DNA of 64,000 nt, taken from NCBI RefSeq assembly GCF_018350175.1, contig NC_058369.1:6760001-6824000 (forward strand). The letters run 5' to 3'. Positions 24,013-37,410 of this stretch are shown here, in pieces. The stretch's first letter is position 1, and each line of letters opens with the position of its first letter. Both the position numbers and the translations under genes were made by a program. The notes beneath the pieces were generated by a model, which was given only the letters and a program-made list of their open reading frames with translations, was not told where the DNA came from and did not search any database. The DNA is from Felis catus. Lineage: Eukaryota.

Positions 24013-25878
24013 CTGTGGTTAGAGAAATCCACACCCAGACTCACCCACTCCAAACTGGCAGTACACACCCAGGCTTGGCCACTCTCGGGTCCTCACCCCT
24101 CACTGGCACGCTCCCTCAGGGACATGGGAGCTCATTCACATACCTCAACAGGATCTTCACGCAAACCCGCTGACCACCCTGCCCCACCCACCTAGAAACA
24201 TACTGCCACTGTTATCTGCCTCTACAGCTGCATCCTCTCCCAGGAAACACACAATCAGAAACAGACCCGCAGGACTCTTCATAAGTATTCAGGCTACCTC
24301 ACAGACCACAGTCACCCCAGGTCTGTAACACAGTAAAGACCCAGGAAAAATGCCCACCGGATGTGTGGACCTTGTGTTCCTCTATTCAAAGAAACCAACT
24401 GTAAAGTCACAGGGTGCAAAATCAACGTGCAGAAACCTGTTGCATTTCTACACACTAATAATGAAGCAACAGGAAGAGAAATTAAGAAAATGATCTCATT
24501 TACAGTTGCACCCAAAATAATAAGATACCTAGGAATGAACCTAACCAAGGAGGTGAAACACCTGTATTCTGAAAACTATAAAACCCTGATGAAAGAAATG
24601 CAAGACAACATGAAGAAATGGAAAAAAAAAAAAAAAACATTCCATGCTCATGGATTGGAAAAGCAAATATCGTTAAAATGTCTATACTACCCAAAGCAAT
24701 CAACACATTTAATGCGATCCCTATCAAAATAACACCAGCATTCTTCACAGAGCTAGAACAAACAACCCCGAAACGTATATGGAACCACAAAAGGCCCCAT
24801 GTAGCCAAAGCAATCTTGAAAAACAAAGGCAAAACAGGAGGCATCACAATTCCGGACTTTAAGCTGTAATCATCAAGACAGTATGGTATTGGCACAAAAA
24901 CAAACACATAGATCAGTGGAACAGAATAGAGAACCCAGAAATGGACGCACAACTATATAGTCAATTAATCTTCAACAAAGCAGGAAAGAATATCCAGTGG
25001 AAAAAAGACAATCTCTTCAACAAATGGTGTTGGGAAAACTGGACAGCGACGTGCGGAAGAATGAAACTAGACAACTTTCTTACACCATGCACAAAAATAA
25101 ACTCAAAATGGATGAAAGACCTAAATGTAAGACAAGAAACCATCAAAATCCTAGAAGAGAGCATAGGCAGTAATGTCTCTGACATTGGCCATAACGACAT
25201 TTTTCTAGATATATCTCTGGAGGCAAGGGAAACAAAAGCAAACACGAACTATTGGGACCTCATCAAAATAAAAACATCTGCACAGCAAAGGACACAATCA
25301 ACAAAACTAAAAGGCAGCCTATGGAATGGGAGAAGACATTTGCAAATGGCATATCTGATAAAGAGCTAGTATCCAAAATATATAAAGAACTTATAAATCT
25401 CAACACCCCAAAAGCAAATAACCCAATTAAAAAAATGGTCAGGAAACATAAAGAGACACTTTTCCAAAAACGACATCCAGATGGCCAACTGATACATGAA
25501 AAAATGCTCAACTCACTCATCATCAGGGAAATGCAAATCAAAACTATAATGAGATGTCACCTCACACCTGTCAGAGTGGCTAAAATGAACAAATCAGGAC
25601 ACTATAGATGCTGGAGAGGATGTGGAGAAATGGGAACCCTCTTGCACTGTTGGTGGGAATGCAAACTGGTGCAGCCACTGTGGAAGACAACATGGAGATT
25701 CCTCAGAAAGTTAAAAATAGAACTATTCTACAATCCAGCGATTGCACAACTGGGTATTTACCCAACAAGTACAAAAACATTAATTCAAGGGGATACATGC
25801 ACACGTATGTTTATAGCATCATTACTTACAATAGCAACCCAAGTGTCTATAGACTGATGAATGGATAAAGAAGATGTG

Positions 25879-25880
<2 letters not shown>

Positions 25881-25924
<44 letters not shown>
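25881..25924. repeat. (GT)n microsatellite inside an L1
   Basis: Seen directly. Confidence 0.95.
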
Positions 25925-25925
<1 letters not shown>

Positions 25926-26224
25926 CTTCCATCCCACTGTTGCAGATGGCAAGGTTTTTTTTCTTTACTCAGCCATAAAAAAGAAAGAAATCTTACCATT
26001 TGCAACAACATGGCTGGACCTACAGAGTAGTGTGCTAAGTGAAACAAGTCAGAGAAGGACAAATAGCGTATGATTTCACTCATATGTAGAATTTAAGAAC
26101 CAAACAAATGATCATGGTGTGGAAAAAAGAGGCAAACCAAGAAGCCGACTCTTAACTACAGAGTAACTGATGGTTACCAGAGGGGAGGTGGGTGGGGGAA
26201 TGGGTTAAATAGAGGATGAAGATT

Positions 26225-26411
26225 GGGGCACGTGGGTGGCTCAGTCAGTTAAGTGTCCAACTCTTCATTTCGGCTCAGGTCATGTCTTCGCGGTTTGTGA
26301 GTTCGAGCCCTGCATCAGGCTCTGCATTCACAGCATGGAGCCTGCTTGCGATTCTCTGTTTCCCTCTCTCTCTGCACCTCTTCTCTCTCTCTCTCTCTCT
26401 TTCAAAAAAAA
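26225..26411 (+). mobile_element. Can-SINE inserted in an L1 3' UTR
   Basis: Canonical structure. Confidence 0.88.
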
Positions 26412-27089
26412 AGAGATAGGGGATGAGGATTAAGGAGTGCACTCGTGATGAGCACCGGGTGATGAATGGAAGTGTTGAATCACTAAATTGTGCACCTGAA
26501 ACTAATATTTAAACTAGTATGTTAACTACAGGAGTCAAAATTTTAAAAAGAAACTGGGGGAGGGGGGGACCTATCAGAGATGACCAGGACATTTGGGCGT
26601 GGACTGGGTGTAAGAGGACATCAAGGAAGCATCGTCACTTTGGTGAAGTGTGGTCACGTCAAGAACTGCTGTGGGTGGGGCGGCCGCAAATCTCTCCTTC
26701 CGTTAACAGGTGGAGGTTATTTCGCCACCCTTTGAATCTGGGCGTGGTGCTGCGACTTTTTTTTTTCAAAGTTTATTTGTCTGTGTTTGAGAGTGAGAGA
26801 GAGAGCAAGTGGGGAGCTGGGCAGAGGAAGAGAGAAAGAGAACCCCAAGCAGGCTCCAAGCTCGGTGGCCCAGAACCTGACGTGGGGCTCGATCCCACGA
26901 TCCGCTGTGCTGGGGAAAGCCACACCAAGGGGACAGCACCGCTCTCACCCAGAAGAGAGAGCCATCCTGAAGGTATGGCCCAGTCCAGCCTTTACACGAC
27001 CGCAGATTCAGTCAACACAACGCGGACACATGGACTTCTCATGTCAGCCAAAGATGGTTGTCGTTTTCAGCTGCCACATTTTTTTTAAA

Positions 27090-27930
27090 AAAACATAGCA
27101 ATAGATGGCAGTAATAATGCCAACAAGCAAAAGTAAACAGGTTCTCCTTGTGCACTGTTGCTGGGAACGCAAACTGGTGCAGCCACGATGCAAAACAGTG
27201 TGGGGGTCCCTCAAAAAAAAAAAATCGGACTACCCTATGAGCCAACAATTCCATTTCTGGGTATTTATCCAAAGGACACAAAGACACTAACTCGAAAAGA
27301 TATCTGCACCCCCATGTTTATTGCAGCCTTATTTACAACAGCCAAGAGACAGAAGCAATCTAAGTGTCCACTGGTGGGTAAATGGATAAGGAAGATGTGG
27401 TATATATATATGCAATGGAATATTACTCAGCCATAAAAAAGAATGGCATCTTGCCATTTGCAACAACATGGATGGATCTAGAGGGTATAATGCTGAGTGA
27501 AATAAGTCAGACAAAGAAAGAGAAATACTGTATGATCTCATTTATACGTGGAATCCAAAAACAAGAGAAAACAAGCTCATAAGTACAGAAAACAGCCTGC
27601 TGGTTGCCAGAGGTAGGGGCTCGGGGGAGGGCAAAATGGGTAAAGCAGGTCAAAAGGTACAAACTTCCCCTTAACTAAATAAGTCCTGGGGACATAATTT
27701 CCAGCATGGTGGCTACAGTTAACAGTACTGTATTGTATATTTGAAAGGTGCTGAGACTAGATCTTAAAAGTTCTCATCACAGAAAAACGTGTGACTGTGT
27801 TTCATTATGGATGTTACCTAGACTTCTTGGCGATCATTTTGCAATATATACAAATATTGAGTCATTATGTTGTACATGTGAAACTAAAATCATGGTGTAT
27901 GTCAATTATATCTCAGTTTTAAAAATAAAC
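27090..27930 (+). mobile_element. L1 3'-end fragment (L1MA/L1_Carn-like)
   Basis: [40 protein letters not shown] and L1 3' UTR sequence. Confidence 0.85.
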
Positions 27931-27938
27931 AAGTTTTT

Positions 27939-28142
27939 GGGGCACCCGGGTGGCTCCGTCAGTTAAGCATCCGACTTCAGCTCAGGTCATGATTTCACGT
28001 TTTGTGAGTTTGAGCCCCATGTTGGGCTCTGTGCTGACAGCTCGGAGCCTGGAGCCTGCTTCGGATTCCATGTCTCCCTCTCTCTGCTCCTCCCCCGCTC
28101 ACGTTCTGTCTCACTCTTTCAAAAATAAATACACATTAAAAA
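27939..28142 (+). mobile_element. Can-SINE
   Basis: Canonical structure. Confidence 0.9.
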
Positions 28143-28658
28143 TTTTTTTAATAAAACATAAATTCCGAGAAAAAAATAAGAAAAAATAAACAAGTCTTCA
28201 CTCTCAAATGTATGTGCAGACATTCAGTCCCCTTAATCAAAACATTTTTCCAGCAGATCCTATATACAAGCACCCACAGCTCCCTGAACATATACCCACA
28301 AACATGCAGCACCAGGAACTGATCCACAAATTGAAAGACAGTAGCACCACTTACCAACTGACCTGCCCACAGATTTAACCACAAAGACATACAGAAGTGT
28401 ACATATCGACACATACCAATTCATAGATACACCCCCACACACCCTTAGCTACCCATTGATACATCTAGACCTTAGTGAAGAAACAAATATACATAAATAT
28501 ACACCAAGAGTGTAGACAAGCAGGGGGTGTCCTGATGCCTCTCAAGCCCTAGCCAGGGACCATTCATTCATTCATTCATTCATTCTTTCAACCAACACAC
28601 ATTGAATAGCCACACACTGTGTACCAGGCCCTGTTTTAAACATTTAAACATCACTGAA

Positions 28659-28910
28659 GGGTGCCTGGGTGGCTCAGTCTGTTAAGCATCTGATTTTGGC
28701 TCAGGTCATGATCTCATGGTTCGTGAGTTCGAGTCTCACATTGGGTGAGCACAAGCCCCGCTTTGGGTGAGCATGAGCCCTGCCTCAGGTGAGCCCCACT
28801 TCTCTCTCTCTCTCTCTCTCTCCCTCTGCCCCTCATGGAATTCTCTCTCTCTCCAGCCTCACTCACTTGCACCCTCTCTTTAAAGAAAATCAATTAAATT
28901 GAAAAATAAA
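28659..28910 (+). mobile_element. Variant Can-SINE with an internal 22-nt tandem repeat
   Basis: TSD taaacatcactgaag; body replaced by about 2.5 copies of ttgggtgagcacaagccccgct. Confidence 0.85.
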
Positions 28911-29220
28911 CATCACTGAAGAAAACAAAGATTTCTCTCTTGGAAAATATATAAAAAGCCTGGAATATCTTGTACCAGAAAATAAGGAAGATGCTCAGAG
29001 ATAAATAGGGTACCACGATAGGACAAAAAAGCTCCCCCCACTGGCCAAGCCTGGGATAATTTGGGCATCTACATAAACAAATAACTCAATGAGGGAGGAG
29101 AAAGCTGCCCTTATAGCAGCATGTCAGTGAGTAAATGTAGAAGTAATGACAGAGCTAGAAAATCAACATTTTGCAACCATCATGGGAATAACTGATTCAG
29201 CAGGAATCACCAATGGATGC

Positions 29221-29769
29221 TGTGATGGTTAAGTGCACATGTCAATTTGACTGGGCTGCAGGGAGCACAAGCCTTTGGTCAAACATTATCCTGTGAGGGT
29301 GTTTTGGATGAGATTAACACTTGAAATGGTGGACTGAGTAAAGCAGATTGCTCTCCCTAATGTGGGTGTGCTGCATCCAATCAGTCAAAGGCCTGACTAG
29401 AACAAAAAGGCGGCCATCCCCCAACTAAGACAAAATCCCTCCTGCCTGACTACCTGTGGACTGGGACATTCCTGCCTTCAGCCTCAAGCTGAAACACTGG
29501 TTCTTCCTGGATCTCAAGCCTGCTGGCTTTCATGCTGGAACTATACCCCAGAGTCTCCTGGTTCTTATGGTTCTCATGCTTCCAGGCTCAGACTGCAATC
29601 TACACCACTGATTCTTCTAGGTCTCCAGCTTGCCTACTCACCCTGCAGATCTTGGGGCTGGTCAGCTTCAATAATCACATAAGCGAATTACTTAAAATTA
29701 ATTTCTCCCCCTGTCTCGATATATATGGATATGTTGATTCTGTTTTTCTGGAGAACTTTGATTAATACA
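29221..29769 (+). mobile_element. ERVL LTR (MLT2-like) inserted in old L1M sequence
   Basis: tgtgatggttaa...tgtcaatttgactgggct...ctggagaactttgattaataca; near-perfect 5-bp TSD gatgc/ggtgc. Confidence 0.8.
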
Positions 29770-30911
29770 GGTGCTAAAACCAGTGGGTAAAGATTTAATG
29801 AGGTACAAGACATGGTTTCGGAGAGTCTCCCCATAAATTACTCATGATTACAAAGAGGAAAATAGTAAATTGACAGTGGAGAAACTAGGCTGATATCACC
29901 TTAACCAGGAAGTCCAAATTAATATCACCAGGAATGGAATAAACCAATATCCCGTGCCTCCTGATATGATGCACTGAGGAGGACACAGCATTGCTTCTAT
30001 GGTACCCACCAAAATGCATACCCTGAATCTCATCATGAAGAAACATTAGACCAACCTACATTGAGGAGCGTTCTACAAAGCAAGTGTCCTGATCTCTCAA
30101 AAATGTCAATATCATGAAAATCAAAGGCTGAACGCTATTCTAGATTAAAGGAGAATAAATTGGCATGACAATTGAATGAAATGCATGATCTTTCACTAGA
30201 TCCTGAGCCAGAAAAAAAAAAAAGCCATTATGGACATTATATCACACTTCTGTGATAAACAGAAAGGTGACACTGTGGCTGGAGCGAGCCAGGATGACAG
30301 ATGAAGGGAGATGGGGCTCAAGAGAGGGTGCACACATCTGGTGGGCCAGGGAGGGGCTTTAGCCCTAAGCTCTGCTACCGAGTCTCCACTGAGCTCCATT
30401 CTCCTGTACCAAACTATACGCTTGACTTCTCCATTTGGAAGTTGTGAAAGAATTTCAATTTGAAATGGAACCTGAGGATAGAAAATAGAAAATTTCATGC
30501 AAACCTAAGGACTGAGAGACTGATTTCCGTAAATGCCAACTCTATGTGTAAACTTTTCAGAGTTGAGCCCAATCTCTCTCCCCAACTGGAAAATTCCACT
30601 ACGATGGTCCCTATACTACCTTGATAGTCCCCCACCCCTTTGAATGACGTCTTCCTTTCCATACCCTCAGGTCATTAAATGTTTTGTTTGTTTGTTTTTA
30701 ACACTGGCAGAATGAATGAATAAATGAGCAATGCTTCAAAACTCAGTGTGCCAGCCATTAACTTTAGCTAGGGATGCTGAGCAGACAGGAGAGGTAGACT
30801 GATGGATGGAAGGAAGAAACACAAGCTCATAGTCAGCAATGAAAGGAGGTCCAGGAGGTGTAGGAAAATCACCCGGGGGTAGGAGGGGAGGATTCTGTGC
30901 CAAATCCTGGA

Positions 30912-31948
30912 GCAGCGCTGCTCGCTAGGAATATAATGCGAGCCACAAATGCAAGCCGTGTAGATGATTTTTAAATTCTCTATGGTTAAAGGACAAAATA
31001 TTCTGACATTTGTTGAAATGGTGAGGAAGACTTAAGTCAAGACCATTGCAGTAGAGGAATCACAACAAGGGAGGGAGACTGACATCAACTCAGCATAGAA
31101 TAGAGCAAGTGGGGATTTACAGCCAAGGGGCAGGGTGAGGGGTCTGTGCATGGAACGTGACTAAAAACAGACATCAGAACTGGGGATTCTCACTAAATTG
31201 ACCCACTCTGCCACTAAAGGCAGGTCAAGGATTTGCACATTGAAGGATGAGGAAGCTGATAAGATGTGAAGGATGGGGGGATTCTCCCTAAGCTGACTTA
31301 GCTGTGTTCTTGCTCAGACTGGGGTAGGCAGGCTTGATCAAGGACAGAGTGGACGCAGAAGGCCAAGGTCAAGGTCTTGATGAGAAGAGTCTGACAACAA
31401 TTTGGTCAAGGAGAGAGTCTTTGTCACTGTTAGCTACGTTTTTTAAAAAGAAAAAGAAACAGAAGATGTTAATTCTTTTTTAAAATTTTTTTGATGTTTT
31501 TTTTTTTATTTTTGAGAGAGAAAGAGAGAGAGAGAGAGAGAATGGGGGAGGGTCAGAGAGAGAGGGAGACACAGAATCCGAAGCAGCTCCAGGCTCCGAG
31601 CTGTCAGCACAGAGCCCAACAGGGGGCTCAAACCCACGAACCGTGAGATCATGACCTCAGCTGAACTCTGACCCTTAGCCGACTGAGCCACCCAGGCGCC
31701 CCTAGAAGATGTTAATTCTAATGCTGTATTGTATCAGATGCAATGCTCCCCAAACATTATCATTTTGCCTTATAAACAACATTTAAAAATATATCAGCGA
31801 GAAGTTTTACATTCCTTCATTCTATTTTTTTTTTTTTTTTTTTTTAACTAAGCCTTTGCTTTACGCATCTGGTGCCTCTCAGTTTGGACCAGCAAGTGCG
31901 GAGTGGCCACTGGAAGCTGGAGGCTGCCGGGGCGGACCCTGCGGCTCT
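30912..31948. mobile_element. MER33-like hAT-Charlie element interrupted by an ERV LTR (~30985-31426) and a SINE (31476-31702)
   Basis: MER33-like start (aatataatgcgagccaca) and end (tctcagtttggaccagc...ggctgcc) flank the inserts. Confidence 0.6.
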
Positions 31949-33916
31949 CGCCAGTGGACCCAAACCTCAGGGGCAGCCCAGAAAGAACACGAGGGCCATC
32001 AGGGGGGGAGCGAGGGGTACCAGGTGAGCTGGCAAGAGAGGGACCGGCCCCAGCAAGCCGAGAGCACTGGGTCACTGCCAGAAAGAAGGGATGTTTCCAC
32101 TCTGTTCTCTACTGGGTGCGAAGCAGCGCTCACCCTAAGGACCAGATCTGTCCTTACCTCCTGCCAGGAGCTAGCACCTGCTGGCCGCAGACCTTCAGGC
32201 AGGAGGCGTCAGAAATCCCGTGACTCTGTGGTTCCTCTGCTTTCATTCCAGGTCTGTTCCATCACTCGCCACCCGCTTCCCTTTCCTTCCAAATCCCTGA
32301 CTTGCACCGGACGTTATCTATTTGCATCTTTGTTTACTCTCTGTTCCCCTGCCCCCCACCTCCGTCGCTCCAGATTCATATCTGTTTTGTTGAGCCAGAA
32401 AGAGGCTGTTAACTTGGGCGCACTTCCTACGTGCCCTGACTCAGTTTACTCATCTGGAAGATGGAAATGAGTGTGGCTCCCATACTGCTCGGGGGTAGCA
32501 TTAAATGAGCTAATGTCTTCCTGACATCCTTCCATGAATGGCCCAACCCTAATTAGCGCTTGATGAAGGGCAGCTGGGGTTGTGGTTCTTAACCCGACCC
32601 CTCCCCGACCCCACACACCCTAGACGGTCCAGAATGCCCCAGCTCTTCACCCACCACACTGACCTGGCCCCAGAGCTTTCCCTCTCTCTGTCCAAAAGGC
32701 TGTCGGACCATGTGACCCAGACTTAGGCCATTTCCCATCTCCCCAGAGCAAAGCCTTTTCCCTACTTCTGTGAAAGTGATACAGAGCATGAGCTGTTCCT
32801 TTTCTGTACTGTGGGTTTTCACCCGACACCTTTCTGTAAATACTAATTTGAGGCACTGTTGATTTCCATTCTCAACCACCTGAATCCCCTGCATTGTGAT
32901 GCATTTGCCCCCTTTCCCAAAAGCCAGTCTGTTAGCACACCCTTCAAGGTCTTTAACATCCACCCACAAGTGGACGGCTTCTCACCACACACCTAGTCTC
33001 CTGCAATCACCTTTCTCCCGGATGAGGCAGTAGCCTCCGACCGGCCTCCCTGCCTTCCTCCCCTTCCTCTTGCTGGTCCGTTTGTCACGCAGCAGCAGCC
33101 AGAAGGAGGTTGCTAAAAATAAGAACAGAGCACGATCAGCCAAAGCACTATGGCCCTGCATTTATGTCAGTGAAAAAGCCAAAGTCCTGATGAGGACCTG
33201 TTTGTATGTCCCCCCACCCCGCCTCATGTCCCTCCCCTAATCCCTTCTCTCCACTTCAGTCAGCCACTCTGATCTCTGTGCTGTTTCAAACTCACACCTG
33301 CCTCAGGGCCCTTGCACTGTCTGTCCCACTGCCTGGAACATCCTTTCACCAAATATCTATATGGTCCCACTGTCCCCTCAGTCATTCATCTGCTCAGATG
33401 TCACTTCTTCAAGGACCACCCCTACCCCCATGCCACCCCCGTCACCCACTCTCTCTCTTCTCTTCTTTCCATAGCACTTAGTACCCTCAGACATGATACA
33501 TATCCTCACTTGTTTCTTGGCCCCTTCTCCTCTGGAACATCAACTCTAAGAAGGGAAGGGTAATGTCCATTTTGCTCAACACTGCATCCCCATTGCAGTG
33601 CCTAGCACACAGTAAGTGCTCAATAAATGTTTGCAGAATGAAAAAGGGCTTCTGTTCCAATCTTTGTCTCCTGTCCTGCCTCTCCCTTCACCCTGGATCG
33701 TCCGCCTCCCCTTAGCCATGCCCAAATGCTCTCCCCTACTCCTCTCTCCTTCCTTGAAAACACTTCAGCCTACCAAAGAGTGGTATGGACCCCCCAGACT
33801 TAAACCCCTAAGCTCCCCTCTATCACCTACTGGCTGCATTTCCATGGGCAAGTTGTCAAATCCTTCTGAGCCTTGTTTTCAACTACAAAACTACACAAAT
33901 AGAAATTCTGATCCCA

Positions 33917-34077
33917 GGGGCGCCTGGGTGGCTCAGTCAGGTTAACATCCAACTTTGGCTCAGGTCATGATCTCATGGTTTGTGAGTTCCAGCCCCGCGT
34001 TGGGCTCTGTGCTGACAGCTCAGAGCCTGGAGCCTGGTTCAGAGTCTATGTCTCCTTCACTCTCTGCCCCTCCCCCA

Positions 34078-34124
<47 letters not shown>

Positions 34125-34160
34125 AAAAATAAACATTAAAAAAAATTAAAATAAATAAAA
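33917..34160 (+). mobile_element. Can-SINE
   Basis: Canonical structure. Confidence 0.9.
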
Positions 34161-34522
34161 TATTGATGATAAATACAAATATTTTTAAGACACTGTGTAG
34201 CAATACAAACACCTCCTTAGGCCTGAGTCAAGCCCTAGGTCATCATTTGGAAACCTCTGATGTATATTAATGGGTCTTGACCCCTCTGTGAGTTAAGAAT
34301 CTGCCGAAGCTTTTTTTTTTTTTAAAGAAAAATACCAGCGTGGGGCGGCGAGCTGACACAGGATTGTGTTTTAAAGCTTCCAGAGCATTCAGATATGCAG
34401 TCGGGCTTGAGAGCCACTGATCTAAATATCTTGGTCCATTTGCTGCCTGTCTCTGTGCCACATTTTGTGACTAAGTGGGCACTTGATGAATGGGACAGAA
34501 ATGCAGGGAAACAGGTAGCTCG

Positions 34523-34524
<2 letters not shown>

Positions 34525-34562
<38 letters not shown>
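34525..34562. repeat. (CT)n microsatellite
   Basis: Seen directly. Confidence 0.95.
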
Positions 34563-34565
<3 letters not shown>

Positions 34566-35434
34566 ATCTTTCTGTGTCTCTGTCTCTATCTCTCCCCTTT
34601 TATACTTGCCACGCCTCCTATCTGTCACCCGAAGGGAAAGACCACAAGCCCCTATTTGTGGTCGTCCCTTCTTCATTCTCGCTGACTCGTGAGCCCCGAC
34701 ACACCTAGAGGCCTGAAGGAGATAAATGACTTCTTGGCACGTCTTCCAAAGGCTTGAGCCGAGCAGTCCTGACACTCTTTAATCCTAACCAAACAGGATC
34801 CGTCACGAGGCTTGCAGAGCTGCAGTCAACCTCCTGCATAATTTCCTGCTGCCAGACCACAAAAGCAGCCCTGGGAAAAACCGATAGAACTGACACAAGT
34901 GGGGGGCCCCCTCTCCCCCCGCAACGCTTTGCACTGTAGGGAGCCTTCTCTTCCTTCCAAAATCTATGGAGAATAAAGGGACTAGAACAAATAGAAGCTT
35001 TACGATGGTAATTTTCTGGCTGTGAGCCAAGGGCTGTGCTCTCTCTCGCGCGCTCTCTCTCTCTCTCAGGCAGCAGAGAGCTGAGTCAGCGGGGGCTCCT
35101 TGAAGAGCAAACTTGGTTTTCAAGATTTCACCTCCTCAAAGACACACGAGATTTCCCTTCCTGACAGTGTTTCTCTCCATTTGTTTGATCTGACCTTTGA
35201 ACTCTGAAGTGGGGAGGTTGGGAGCTAGGGGTATGAGAAGCCCAGCCCAGCGCAGCCCCCCCAACCCCCATCCCCTCTCCACCCAAGGCTCCCTGATAGA
35301 AACCACGTCAGGAGTGTGGAAAGGGCTTAGTACGTCCTTAGCTCAGAAACCTGCCCACCGCCTGTCCACCCATCCAATAAAAGTGCCCCAAGTGTCTAAT
35401 GTGCGCTAAATTCTATGCTAGAAGCTAAAGATGA

Positions 35435-35923
35435 CAGGAGTCCCCCCTTATCCGGTGGGGGGGGGGGCGAAGGGGGGTGTGTGGGGGGTGGGAAAGACAT
35501 GTCCCCAAACCCTCAGTGGATGCCTGACATCAAAATCACAGATAGAACCGAACCCTATACGTGTTGTGTGCTTTCCCGGACGCACCCACTGATGATAAAG
35601 TTTGATTTATCAATGAAGCCCGGGAAGAGATTAACAACAACATTAATAAAACAGAGCAATTCTAATATACTGTAATGAAAGTTACGGGAATATGGTCTCT
35701 TTCTCAAAGTATCTTATTGTGCTATATTCACCCTTCTTCCTGTGATGATGGGAGATGATAAAATGCATACTGATGAGATGCAGAGGTGGGGGGCGGGCGG
35801 GGGCAGGGGGCAGGCCACAACAGCCTCCCGACCATTCCTCAGAAGGGGGATCATCTGCTTCCCCACCACGGTTGCCTACCAGGAACTCGGGAAGCAGAAC
35901 CGCGGATAAGGGGGAAGCTCCTG
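35435..35923 (-). mobile_element. MER44-like Tigger-derived MITE
   Basis: TIRs caggagtccccccttatcc / cgcggataagggggaagctcctg; internal sequence matches recalled MER44. Confidence 0.75.
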
Positions 35924-36727
35924 TAGACGATTATTATTACTGTCATAACAACAAAAACAGCAAACCCCTTTGTGGTCCCTATTCGGTGTCACCTACATGT
36001 CCTAGCAGTTGTTTATTTAATCCTTCTTGAAGCTCTTTGGTTTTCCCCATTGGTGGAGGCTCAGGGAGGCCTCAAGTCACGCAGCAGAGCTAGGATCTGA
36101 ACCTCAGCTGTGTGGCCTCAGACCAGCACTCTTTACCACCCTGCAGCTCACCACTGTCACTGAACGTAGAGTCTAGTGCAGGGAACAGAATCATTAAGCA
36201 AACAAGGTAATTTCAGATATTTAAATGCTCTGAAGACACTAAAACAGGGTATTTTCCTGTATTATTTTTCTGATAAGCTACACCAGCCTCAGGAAGAACG
36301 ACAGAGAGCACTCAGGCAGAATGGGCAGCAAGTGCAAAGGCCCCGTGGCCCAAACTTCTCCAGATGTAGCTGCAGGAAGGAGTTGAGGGGCAAAAGAGCA
36401 GAATGGACCCGATTATAGGACACACATGGTGAGAAGTTAGCATTTTTATCTGGAGGACAGGAGCCTGGGGGCATAACCTTGAGAGTGGGACGTGGTCTAC
36501 AAGCATCCCAGGTGCCTTTCAGGCTCCAGTTGCCCTCACCCCAGGCCCTTTACACTCTTGTTCCTGTAAGACCTGTGAATTCTTGTTCCTGTGAATTCTT
36601 TTGCCGTCCCCTGGATGACAAAAACAAGGCAAAGCGCCCCTCTCTCTGCTTCTGTGTTACATTCCTTTGACATTATATCCTGGATTGATCTGTGTCAGGG
36701 CAAATAAAAATTAAAAATAAGAGGCTT

Positions 36728-37410
36728 GGAGCAGTTAGGTGGTTCAGTCTGTTAAGCATCCAACTTTGGCTCAGGTCATGATCTCACGGTCCGTGAGTTT
36801 GAGCCCTGCATTGGACACTGTGCTGACAGCTCAGAGCCTGGAGCCTGCTTCTAGTTCTGTGTCTCCTTCTCTCTCTGCCCCTCCCCTGCTCACTCTCTGT
36901 TTCTCTCTCTCAAAAATAAACAAAGCATTAAAAAAAAAAAAAGCGGCTTAAGGGGCACCTGGGTGGCTCAGTCAGTTAAGTGTCTGACTTCAGTTCAGGT
37001 CATGATCTCACGGTCCGTGAGTTTGAGCCCTGCGTCAGGCTCTGTGCTGACAGCTCAGAGCCTGGAGCCTGTTTCAGATTCTGTGTCTCCCTCCCTCTCT
37101 CTCTCTGACCCTCCCATACTCTCGCTCTGTCTCTTTCTCTCAAAAATAAACAAACATTAGGGGCACCTGGGTGGCTCAGTCGGTTGGGTGCCTGACTTCA
37201 GCTCAGGTCATGATCTCGCAGTTCACAGGTTCAAGCCCCGCGTCGGGTTCTGTGCTGACAGCTCGGAGCCTGAAGCCTGCTTCGGATTCTTTGTCTCCCT
37301 CTCTCTCTACCCCTTCCCCGCTTATGCTCTCTTTCTCTCTCTCTCTCTCTCAAAAATAAATAAAAACATTTAAAAATTTTAAAAATAATAAACATTAAGA
37401 AGTTAAAAAA
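36728..37410 (+). mobile_element. Three head-to-tail Can-SINEs
   Basis: Heads at ~36728, 36952 and 37160; outer flank repeat aataagaggctt. Confidence 0.9.

Larger units (their letters stand above)
24400..26550 (+). mobile_element. 5'-truncated carnivore L1 (ORF2 3' half and 3' UTR)
   Basis: Frameshifted ORF2 peptides [41 protein letters not shown]. Confidence 0.9.

Noticed and set aside
31825..32100. Poly(T) followed by GC-rich sequence resembling an antisense processed pseudogene
   Set aside because: The sequence after the T run continues the MER33-like element; no recognisable protein.
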